From assembly GCF_000284115.1 (NCBI RefSeq), contig NC_017080.1:180001-212000 (forward strand): DNA of 32,000 nucleotides, read 5' to 3'. A model generated the notes under the pieces. It worked only from the letters and a program-made list of their open reading frames with translations. It was not told the origin of the DNA and did not search any database. The position numbers and the translations under genes are program-made. Below are positions 18,679 through 26,004 of this stretch, piece after piece (position 1 is the stretch's first letter; every line of letters starts with the position of its first letter). This DNA comes from Phycisphaera mikurensis NBRC 102666 (GTDB taxonomy: Bacteria; Planctomycetota; Phycisphaerae; Phycisphaerales; Phycisphaeraceae).

Positions 18679-19175
18679 CCTCGCCGGGAACCTCGCCGGG
18701 GCCTGGGAACCTCGCCGGGGCCTGGACACCGACCTCTCCGAGCCCGTGAGCCGCCACATCCACGGAGTGGATGAGCCACCTGCCCGCCCCCAGGTGGCTC
18801 ATCGACTCCGTCGATGTAGAAGCCGACCCCCACCCGAGGCAGCCCGCGTCCGCGACCGGGCGGGGTTCCCGCTTCCCGCTCCTCCGTCCGCCTGAGCCGC
18901 CACATCCATGGAGTGGATGAGCCACCTGCCCGGCCCCAGGTGGCTCATCGATTCGTCGGGGCCTGGACACCGGGCTCGCCGGGGCCTGGACCCTGTCCGG
19001 GGGCTCGCCGGGGCCTGGACCCTGTCCGGGTGCCCCCCTCCACATCCGACGCGGATCGGACCGCTCGGGGCTCGCCGGGGCCTGGACCCTGTCCGGGGGC
19101 TCGCCGGGCTCGCCGGGGCCTGGACACCGTCCGGGTGCCCCCTCCACATCCGACGCGGATCGGACCGCTCGGGCA
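18679..19175. repeat. Composite intergenic repeat field (family 2): 14-mer core copies, two 67-nt double-hairpin units and two 67-68-nt units
   Basis: TCGCCGGGGCCTGG occurs at 18693, 18712, 18976, 19005, 19072 and 19110. Unit A is at 18747-18814 and 18893-18959. Unit B is at 19002-19069 and 19107-19173. The field lies between the lptB start and the RAYT stop. Confidence 0.85.
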
Positions 19176-19322
19176 GGTTGCGCGGACACCCGCGGCCTCG
19201 CGGGCAAGCGCCAGCCGCTGGCGAGCCCGCACGGCTCTCGCGTTGGGTGATGCCGCTGGCGTGGCGCATGACACACCCGCCAGCCTACCGGCCAGGGACG
19301 CTGGAACCTGGATCCGCCGGCG

Positions 19323-20327
19323 TCAGAAGTGCGGCGAGCCGGTGGCCATCCGCGCGAAGCCGACGCGGAGGTCCTCCGGGCCCAGGCCCACACGCTCGAG
19401 AATCGGCGCGAGCCGGCGGTCCAGCGAGGCCTTGCCTGCACGCAAGAGACGCGAAACGGCGTCCACCAAACGCAGGTACCGACGCAGGGTCAGACCGGCC
19501 AAGACGGTGCGGCCTGCAGCGGGCACGGCCGCCGATGCGGCACGGGCGGCTTCGTGCATCCGCGACCTGGGATCCTCGCCCGCCAGCGGCACCAGCCACG
19601 AGGCGCTGCGGGAGCGGCGGAAGGCGGCGGTGGGTGCCCGCTCGGCGGGCTCGGCTTGCTGCGGGGTTGCTGGCTGGTCCCGCCCCAGCCGCCCCTCCAG
19701 CGAGGTGTGCCGGCCGTCCTCGGGTCGATCGCACAGCCCCGCCGCCAGGGGGTTCAGGTCCACGTACACCATCGAACGCACCAGCTGGTGACCCTCGGGA
19801 TCGTCGATCGGCTTGCTCTTGTACCGACCGCTCCAGAAGGCGCCGCTGCCGCGCTCGAGCTTGTTCACCTCCACCGCCACGTGCTGCTTGAGCTCTTTCA
19901 TGAACTGCGAGAGGTCCATCAGCTTCCGCCTCGTGGCGGCGACCCACGCCTCGTCGGCCACCAGCGCCTCCAGCTCGCCGGGCTCGGGCTCCCGCGGGCC
20001 CTGGCGGTTCCGCAGCGGGTGCAGCGCCAGCCAGCGGTCCAGCACCTCTTGCGGCGACCAGGCGTGGCCGACCTCGGGCACGTTGCGCAGGACCAGGTGC
20101 AGGTGGTTGCCCATGACGCTGAAGGCCAGCACCTCGATGGAGCTGACCGCCGCCAGCTTCTCCAGCCTCGCCAGCAGCAACTCCTTGCGGTGGTCCTCCG
20201 GCTCCCGATCCCCGCGGTCATGGGCTCCGGGCTCCAGCAGGAACAGAGACCTCGCGCAGCGGTTGCTGACGTGCCACGCCTGCGGGAGGTCGGGGTCGAC
20301 GATCAGGCAGCGGTTGCGGCGCGGCAC
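19323..20327 (-). CDS. REP-associated tyrosine transposase-like protein (IS200/IS605 TnpA-type HUH-Y1 fold) with a long C-terminal extension
   Basis: HUH motif in VMGNHLHLVLRN. Catalytic-Tyr helix MVYVDLNPLAAGL (the YxxxNPxxAGL pattern). N-terminal AWHVSNRCARSLFLL. The GTG start at 20327 is preceded by GGAGG with a 6-nt spacer. Confidence 0.85.
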   Translation of the reverse strand: MPRRNRCLIVDPDLPQAWHVSNRCARSLFLLEPGAHDRGDREPEDHRKELLLARLEKLAAVSSIEVLAFSVMGNHLHLVLRNVPEVGHAWSPQEVLDRWLALHPLRNRQGPREPEPGELEALVADEAWVAATRRKLMDLSQFMKELKQHVAVEVNKLERGSGAFWSGRYKSKPIDDPEGHQLVRSMVYVDLNPLAAGLCDRPEDGRHTSLEGRLGRDQPATPQQAEPAERAPTAAFRRSRSASWLVPLAGEDPRSRMHEAARAASAAVPAAGRTVLAGLTLRRYLRLVDAVSRLLRAGKASLDRRLAPILERVGLGPEDLRVGFARMATGSPHF

Positions 20328-20420
20328 AGGGAGCCTCCGGAAGGAGCGAGAAGCGGGTCGGGCGACCCGGCAGGAGGACCGTACAGAAACCGTCCGGGAG
20401 AAGCAACGCCTCCTGCGAGC

Positions 20421-20632
20421 TGGCCAGGCCCCAATCCGAGGTGGCCAGGCCCCGGCGAATCCCGGCGAATCCCGGCGAATCCGAGGTGGCCAGGCCCCGG
20501 CGAATCGGCGAATCCCGGCGAATCCCGGCGAATCCCGGCGAGCCCGGCGAGCCCGGCGAGCCCCCAGGCCCCGGCGAGCCCCGGCGAGCCCCCGGCGAGC
20601 CCCCGGCGAGCCCCGGCGAGCCCCGTGGTGGG
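20421..20632. repeat. Microsatellite-like tandem repeat tract (about 7 GGCGAATC(C) units and about 8 GGCGAGCC(C) units) interspersed with the inverted family-2 core
   Basis: CCAGGCCCCGGCGA, the reverse complement of the 14-mer at 18693-19123, occurs at 20445, 20490 and 20564. Decamer and nonamer tandem units fill the space between them. The tract lies 95-305 nt upstream of the RAYT start. Confidence 0.9.
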
Positions 20633-20712
20633 GCCCGGCGGCGGCAGGAAGCGACCAGGTGGGTCAATTCCTGATGATCGGTAGTGCGTCAGTTTGAAGT
20701 GATCGCTGACAA

Positions 20713-23178
20713 CTATCGCCTACGGCGCATCAGCGCTATGCCGCCGAGCATCAGCAGCGCCGCCGAAGTAGGTTCGGGAACAGCGGTGATTCTAAGCGTT
20801 GCTTGCTCGGAAGCCATATCGAAGGATGCCACGCCGGTGGATTCTGTTAACTGGATTTGGAACAGGCTTCCATCTTGAAGCGTAGCCGTGAGGAGTTGGC
20901 CCTCACGCTGAAGAAGTTCAAGCGTCATTGCAAATTTAAGATCGATTGGCGTACTGTCGATCGCAAATTGGCTTCCGACGATCTCAATGTTACTTCCCGG
21001 CAGCACTTGAATACCCCCACCCCAATCACCGCCAGCGATCCTGACAGAAGAATCGTCGTAGAACGTGACGAGGCTACCGATCCTGCCGCCTTGGATATCG
21101 AGTGAGGAACGAACTGCCTCAAAGCCCTCACCAACCGTTCCGCCTTCGATCGTAATCGTGGCATCTACAACGGAAAAGTTTCGCCCCAGCATTCCGCCTT
21201 CTCTGACAACGGCTGACTGGCCCGCCCGCAAACCTAATGTGACTTCAGACTCAGGACGATCGATAATAATAGTTCGAAATTCAGCTTCGGGTACCACCAC
21301 ATTCGTCAAGGTAAATGTCGGGCTGCTGATCCCACTGAAATCTCCAGGGAGCCCAAAGATAAATGGCGTCCCATCTTCCAACACCCCACTAAGCGCTTGA
21401 AATGCACCAGGACGCACCGTTGTGCTCGACACTGGGTTCCCATCGAGTAGAAAATCTGATCCAACCAACTCGAACGTGCCGCCACCACCGCCAACAAAAC
21501 GGCCGACGGTACCGCCGGACATGACGATGCGACCACCTTCCGAGAAGTTGGGTCGCTTCACCAAGCTCACCAGTGGTCCGGCAGAACCACCGGACATGAA
21601 TACCGTGGCTCCATCTTCCACAGTGAAGCCGTTGAGTTCCCCGCCAGTGATGAAGACCTGACTTCCATCCCTCGCGGCGAACCCATTGGTATTACCACCT
21701 TGGATATTGATGACCGAGCCAGCGAGAGCAGTCAAGCCAAGACCGCCCGTGCCGCCACTTATCGTTACCTCGGCTGACGTGACACGCACGTTGCTTCCGA
21801 TTTTGCCGCCGTTCACAGCAACGACGCCACCAGCCACGTTAAAGTTATCCGCAAGGTGGCCTTTATCACGAAGGATCAGTGATTCCCCCTGACGCAGGCC
21901 GGGGGGCGACATGTCGCTCGATTGCTCAATAACGTATGCCGACGTACTTGCTTGCGGTACTGTTGTGGACACAACAGCTAGATTGTTAATGAAATCTCCC
22001 GAGCGGTCTGTGAAGAGAAAAACTGAACCATCTTCCAGCGTGCCTGCCAAAACATCATTTTCAGCAAGCGTGATCGTCCCATCGGCAACGGAGGTACCGT
22101 TCAGTCGGAACTCGCCGCCAAACGCGGATACATCGCTTCCCTCCAAAGTGGACACACCTTGTCCGATTTGTCCACCACGCAGATCGACCGAGCTACCGGG
22201 CATGATGCGCAGGCCACCTGTGATCTCGCCTCCGGAGACCTCCACATCACTGCCGGTATATATGTCTAAACCAAACACGTGGCCGCCACTGATCTGCACC
22301 CTGGATTCCAAGACAGACAAGCCCCCTGTGTTTCCAGCAAGGATAGATAAATCAGATTCGATGGCGACAAAGCCTGGACCGATGTATCCGCCATCCAGGA
22401 CAAGCGATTGACCGGGCCGAAGTCCACGTGGCGCGGGGTCGGTCAGGGAGTTGACCTGGATAGGGGTCAGATCGACGGCTGGAAGCGAGGCCGATGTAAA
22501 TTGCGCGGAGTTCGAAACCTCATCACCAGCTAACGGCGAAAACAGGAAAACAGAGCCATCCGGTAGAGTTCCCGCCACCACATCGGTCGGGCCTAACGTA
22601 CCCGGCATTGATCCGGAGAATGAAGACCCGTTGAAGATAAACTCGCCGCCGATAAACTCGGTATCGGCATTTCTAAAATCAATGTTTGTGCCGAATTGGC
22701 CACCGCTAATCGTGGCTTGGCCAGCGGGCGGGTTGGTGAATGGCACGTCCCAAAAAGTGAATTTGCTGCCCAGGTAGCCACCGGTCATCGTGAACTGTGT
22801 GCTGGATATAGTACCCCCTATCCCGCTAGTACCCAGAGTGCCACTTGACAGGTTCACGGTTGAGCCGGGAGTAGCAAAAAAACCAAAACTATCTATACCT
22901 CCAAGCAGGTTTATTTCTACGTTAACGACCTCAGCGAAAATACTATTGTTGTCGCCCCCGGTGGTAAAGAATCCTGGAAGAATCCCACCGTCGAACACGT
23001 TGATCTGCGTATTAGGCGCGATTGGGTCACCCTGCTCGTAGGTGTCGGTCGGAAGATTGATCACGGTGTCGAAAACCTGTGCCTGCATAGGTACGGACAA
23101 CAAGGTCGTGATGGTGAGCAACGCAGCCCCGCCGAGTGCGGCCATATGATTGATCGGCAACTCGTTTCTGTTTCGCAT
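20713..23178 (-). CDS. Secreted modular beta-helix-like repeat protein with C-terminal PEP-CTERM sorting signal
   Basis: Signal peptide MRNRNELPINHMAALGGAALLTITTLLSVPMQAQV. C-terminus VPEPTSAALLMLGGIALMRRRR (PEP motif, TM, Arg cluster). Four modules each end in GTL(P/E/Q)DGS.F.F. There are many short GG-containing rungs (ISGG, VSGG, LRGG, IQGG, IEGG). AGGA lies just upstream of the ATG. Confidence 0.85.
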   Translation of the reverse strand: MRNRNELPINHMAALGGAALLTITTLLSVPMQAQVFDTVINLPTDTYEQGDPIAPNTQINVFDGGILPGFFTTGGDNNSIFAEVVNVEINLLGGIDSFGFFATPGSTVNLSSGTLGTSGIGGTISSTQFTMTGGYLGSKFTFWDVPFTNPPAGQATISGGQFGTNIDFRNADTEFIGGEFIFNGSSFSGSMPGTLGPTDVVAGTLPDGSVFLFSPLAGDEVSNSAQFTSASLPAVDLTPIQVNSLTDPAPRGLRPGQSLVLDGGYIGPGFVAIESDLSILAGNTGGLSVLESRVQISGGHVFGLDIYTGSDVEVSGGEITGGLRIMPGSSVDLRGGQIGQGVSTLEGSDVSAFGGEFRLNGTSVADGTITLAENDVLAGTLEDGSVFLFTDRSGDFINNLAVVSTTVPQASTSAYVIEQSSDMSPPGLRQGESLILRDKGHLADNFNVAGGVVAVNGGKIGSNVRVTSAEVTISGGTGGLGLTALAGSVINIQGGNTNGFAARDGSQVFITGGELNGFTVEDGATVFMSGGSAGPLVSLVKRPNFSEGGRIVMSGGTVGRFVGGGGGTFELVGSDFLLDGNPVSSTTVRPGAFQALSGVLEDGTPFIFGLPGDFSGISSPTFTLTNVVVPEAEFRTIIIDRPESEVTLGLRAGQSAVVREGGMLGRNFSVVDATITIEGGTVGEGFEAVRSSLDIQGGRIGSLVTFYDDSSVRIAGGDWGGGIQVLPGSNIEIVGSQFAIDSTPIDLKFAMTLELLQREGQLLTATLQDGSLFQIQLTESTGVASFDMASEQATLRITAVPEPTSAALLMLGGIALMRRRR

Positions 23179-23287
23179 GGTCCTGCTCGCTTTTTCTTTT
23201 CTAGCCGATCATTCCAGGGGATTCTCGGAGTTGGCTTCTCCAAATCCATGATCTGCACACACCGACAATTGGCATCCGCCCTTGGTC

Positions 23288-23315
23288 ATGATAGTGCGGC
23301 ATGCCGGCCACGCAA
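23288..23315 (-). promoter_or_regulatory. Possible promoter of the PEP-CTERM gene
   Basis: On the minus strand: TTGCGT (23315-23310), a 16-nt spacer, then TATCAT (23293-23288), about 110 nt upstream of the ATG inside the AT-richer leader. Pattern match only. Confidence 0.25.
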
Positions 23316-23508
23316 CGTCGGCGATGGTGTCAGGTACATTCAGTAACGCCTCGTACTCTGACCGGTCTTGTTGATCCTACGGCAACAGCCGCACCCCTTC
23401 CAGCAGCAGGCTCCGGCGGACGGCGAGGCGTGGAGGTTCGTTGAAGTGGAGGAGGAGATCGGCGGTGGTGCGACCTTCAGTGGAGACGCCGCCGATTTCG
23501 CCATCTCG

Positions 23509-23556
23509 GGTCCGCGAAGGCGTCGGTCCGCGAAGGCGTTAGGTCCGCGAAGGCGT
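23509..23556. repeat. Three tandem copies of the 15-mer GGTCCGCGAAGGCGT (iteron-like)
   Basis: Exact copies at 23509-23523, 23525-23539 and 23542-23556, separated by 1-2 nt, in the 581-nt intergenic region. Confidence 0.8.
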
Positions 23557-23664
23557 CAGGAACATTCAGCATTCAAAGCATGAAGGGACTTGCCGGGGCC
23601 CGGACACCGACTCGTGCCTGACAATTTCGCTGCGACACCGTCGCTGCCTTGGTCCGTCGCAGCT

Positions 23665-23683
23665 CGGCACACGGAGTGTGCCG
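23665..23683 (-). terminator. Possible terminator hairpin downstream of the OPT-like gene
   Basis: CGGCACAC-GGA-GTGTGCCG is a perfect 8-bp GC-rich stem, 77 nt beyond the stop at 23760. No U-tract follows, so this is weak. Confidence 0.3.
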
Positions 23684-23759
23684 GGCACGCTGTGCGAGGC
23701 TGCGTCGCGGGGTTCGGCGGGACGGGGCTTCCGAGGCCGGTGCTGCGGGGGATCGGGCT

Positions 23760-25994
23760 TCAGTAGGGGACCTTGAAGACCGCCTTGGCGAGGAAGGTGA
23801 CGCCCACGCCGAGGGTGCCGATGAGGCCCATGCCGCAGGAGAAGCCGGCCGCGAGCACCGGGGCGTACTGGCGCCAGCGGAGGCCGAGCCTCCGGCGGAA
23901 GTAGTAGCGGCCGATGAAGGCGCCGAGCAGCTGGCTGAAGACGGCGAAGGGCAGCGTCTGGTTGAGGCCGCGGACGATGCCGTAGGTGAGGAAGATCGGC
24001 GCCCCGGCCCAAGACAGGAAGGCGAAGAGCGCCCCGCCGGAGAGGAAGCCCGCGAGGATGTAGTCGCCGCGGAAGGCCTGCTCGAACTCGCTGAACCCGC
24101 CCAGCGTCGAGCTGAACACCAGCGAGAGGTTCTCGGCGGTGACCTCCCACCACGCCTGGGCGAAGGGGTACTGCGGCCCGGGGATCGGGCCCAGCCCCCA
24201 GATGAAGTGGGCGAAGCACAGGCTGCCGACCAGGATGATCGGCGTGAGCAAGAGCTCGCTCTTCCAGATGCTCGTGAACTTCGTGCCGGTCAGCTCGCAC
24301 TGCCGGTAGAAGACCGTCATCGAGCCGTAGTTGTGGATCGGGATCGGCAGGAACCACACCGCCACGCCCTGGTAGCCCGAAAGGATGAAGCTGCCCTCCC
24401 GCACGAAGGGCAGGTTGATGACCTCGCCGGCGATGCCCTCGAGCCGCGCCGTCACGTAGCTGAGGATCGGCGTGTAGACGATCGCGTAGAAGAGCATCAC
24501 CGCGACCAGCGGCGGGTGGATGCGGCCGTCGGTGAGGATCAGCAGCCAGCAAGAGACGCCCAGGTACAGGGCGGTGGAGACCACGTACGTCGCGATGACC
24601 GCCCACGGCCGGATGTCCCCCCGGCCCTCGGGCAGCGTCGTCTCCTCGGGCTCGATCCCCGCCGCCAGCTCCTCCGCCCGCCGCCGCTTCGCCTTCATCA
24701 GCTGCTTGCCGACGCTGACGAAGCCCGCCACCGCGATCGTCAGCGCCACCCCCAGCGAGAAGCTGAAGTAGAAGTCCACGTTGTTCTTGTAGACCGTCTG
24801 CTGCATGTTGTCGCCGGGGTTCCACGACGTCAGCACGCCGGCGCCCGCCCCGCCCACCACCGGCAATAACTCCGGCAGGCCCCCGTACAGCACCGGGTTG
24901 AGGATCATCGTCGTGAGCAGCCCGATGCCCGTGCCGACCATCGCCCAGAAGGGCAGCACCATGCCGAAGAGCACCTGGCCCAGGTCCATCGAGACGGCCA
25001 CGGCGACGGCGGGGAGGATCGCCGCGGTGTCTTGCGTGTAGTCGACGAAGGGGATCGGCAGCAGCGTGATCGGGCGATCGAGCAGGGCTCCGGTGACCGT
25101 GGGCACGCCGAGGTAGACGGCCCCGAAGGCGAGGCCGATGATCGAGCCGAGGGTGAAGATCCGCCAGCGCCACGAGCCCCCCGCCGGTTCGCCCCGCGGG
25201 GTCGCCGCCGTCGCCCCGGCGGGGTCGTCCTTGGCGAAGGGGGCGATGAAGCCGGTGCGCGACTCGTCGGCGTCGTCGTCGTTTTCCTCGGTGAGCGCGA
25301 GGATGCCTTGGGCGCCGACGGGGGCCATGGGGAAGGGCAGCTTCTCGATGTCGCTGGCGATGCGGAAGAGCCCGTAGCCGAGGATCATGTTGTCGATGCG
25401 GCCGATGATCATCGTGAAGGTGATCAGCCCGATCGCCGGCAGCCACTCCTTCATGAACAGCGAGCGCTCGGCCAGCACCGCCGGGTCGTTGGGCGCGACC
25501 CACGCGGGAATCTGCTCGGCGATTCCCTGCGCGACCGCCGCGTCGGACTGCACGTAGAACTGGCTCCACAGCGCGCCCAGACCGCCGTGGAAGCCGCCCT
25601 CCAGCTGCGAGGCGGTCACCATGATCGCCCCGGAGATGTAGAAGAGCGTGAAGACCTGGGCCTTCCCGAGGTGCTGGTTCGCGCGGCGGGCGACCTCGAT
25701 GAACAGGATGAGCGTGACCCACTGCGCCGCGGGCCCGATCGAGGCGCCCGCGAGCAGCGTCATGTAGATCGACCCGGGCACCATCAGGATCGCGACGAAG
25801 ACGGCGCCGGCGAGCGATGACCAGCTGAAGCCCTCCTCGAAGGTGCCGGGGACCTCCATGATCCCGCGGAACTCCTCGAGCTCCGCGTCAACCGGGCCTC
25901 CGGCCCGGGGGGCGTCGCCCGAGCCGGTCGGCGCAGGCCGCGCTGCGGGCGGCCCCGCCCCAGGCGTCGGTGCGTTCTGGGGTCGCTCGGCCAA
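23760..25994 (-). CDS. Large polytopic membrane protein, OPT (oligopeptide transporter) superfamily-like
   Basis: 744 aa with many hydrophobic spans, for example AGAVFVAILMVPGSIYMTLLAG and LPAIGLITFTMIIGRI. The segment EKLPFPMAPVGAQGILAL resembles the OPT L-FP-G-A motif. The start is 10 nt after the upstream beta-helix gene's stop. The CDS call is firm. The family call is by eye only. Confidence 0.7.
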   Translation of the reverse strand: MAERPQNAPTPGAGPPAARPAPTGSGDAPRAGGPVDAELEEFRGIMEVPGTFEEGFSWSSLAGAVFVAILMVPGSIYMTLLAGASIGPAAQWVTLILFIEVARRANQHLGKAQVFTLFYISGAIMVTASQLEGGFHGGLGALWSQFYVQSDAAVAQGIAEQIPAWVAPNDPAVLAERSLFMKEWLPAIGLITFTMIIGRIDNMILGYGLFRIASDIEKLPFPMAPVGAQGILALTEENDDDADESRTGFIAPFAKDDPAGATAATPRGEPAGGSWRWRIFTLGSIIGLAFGAVYLGVPTVTGALLDRPITLLPIPFVDYTQDTAAILPAVAVAVSMDLGQVLFGMVLPFWAMVGTGIGLLTTMILNPVLYGGLPELLPVVGGAGAGVLTSWNPGDNMQQTVYKNNVDFYFSFSLGVALTIAVAGFVSVGKQLMKAKRRRAEELAAGIEPEETTLPEGRGDIRPWAVIATYVVSTALYLGVSCWLLILTDGRIHPPLVAVMLFYAIVYTPILSYVTARLEGIAGEVINLPFVREGSFILSGYQGVAVWFLPIPIHNYGSMTVFYRQCELTGTKFTSIWKSELLLTPIILVGSLCFAHFIWGLGPIPGPQYPFAQAWWEVTAENLSLVFSSTLGGFSEFEQAFRGDYILAGFLSGGALFAFLSWAGAPIFLTYGIVRGLNQTLPFAVFSQLLGAFIGRYYFRRRLGLRWRQYAPVLAAGFSCGMGLIGTLGVGVTFLAKAVFKVPY

Positions 25995-26004
25995 GGCGGA
26001 AAGA

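Larger units (their letters stand above)
18679..20632 (-). mobile_element. RAYT locus: HUH-Y1 transposase gene bracketed by inverted arrays sharing a 14-nt core
   Basis: The same 14-mer occurs six times in one orientation on the 3' side and three times in the opposite orientation on the 5' side of the gene. Hairpin-forming units lie on the 3' side. This arrangement is typical of REP/RAYT loci. Confidence 0.55.
20665..23380. other. Low-GC compositional island (single-gene, likely horizontally acquired)
   Basis: Hand counts inside the island give 24/60 G+C at 22861-22920 and 32/60 at 21661-21720. A flanking line at 19981-20040 gives 49/60. The boundaries were judged by eye at about 20665 and about 23380. 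Confidence 0.7.

Noticed and set aside
22508-22520. tRNA T-arm-like string GGAGTTCGAAACC
   Set aside because: It lies inside the PEP-CTERM coding frame. No acceptor, D or anticodon stems can be drawn around it.
20640-23400. Direct-repeat or att-like boundaries, integrase or tRNA flanking the low-GC island
   Set aside because: I compared both edges by eye and found no shared repeat of 8 nt or more. No recombinase other than the neighbouring RAYT is present, so no insertion mechanism can be asserted.
23368-23583. 71-aa plus-strand ORF in the intergenic region, and small ORFs 23061..23258 and 23146..23346
   Set aside because: They have no motifs, mixed codon bias and overlap repeats or the promoter region. 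They are better explained as non-coding.
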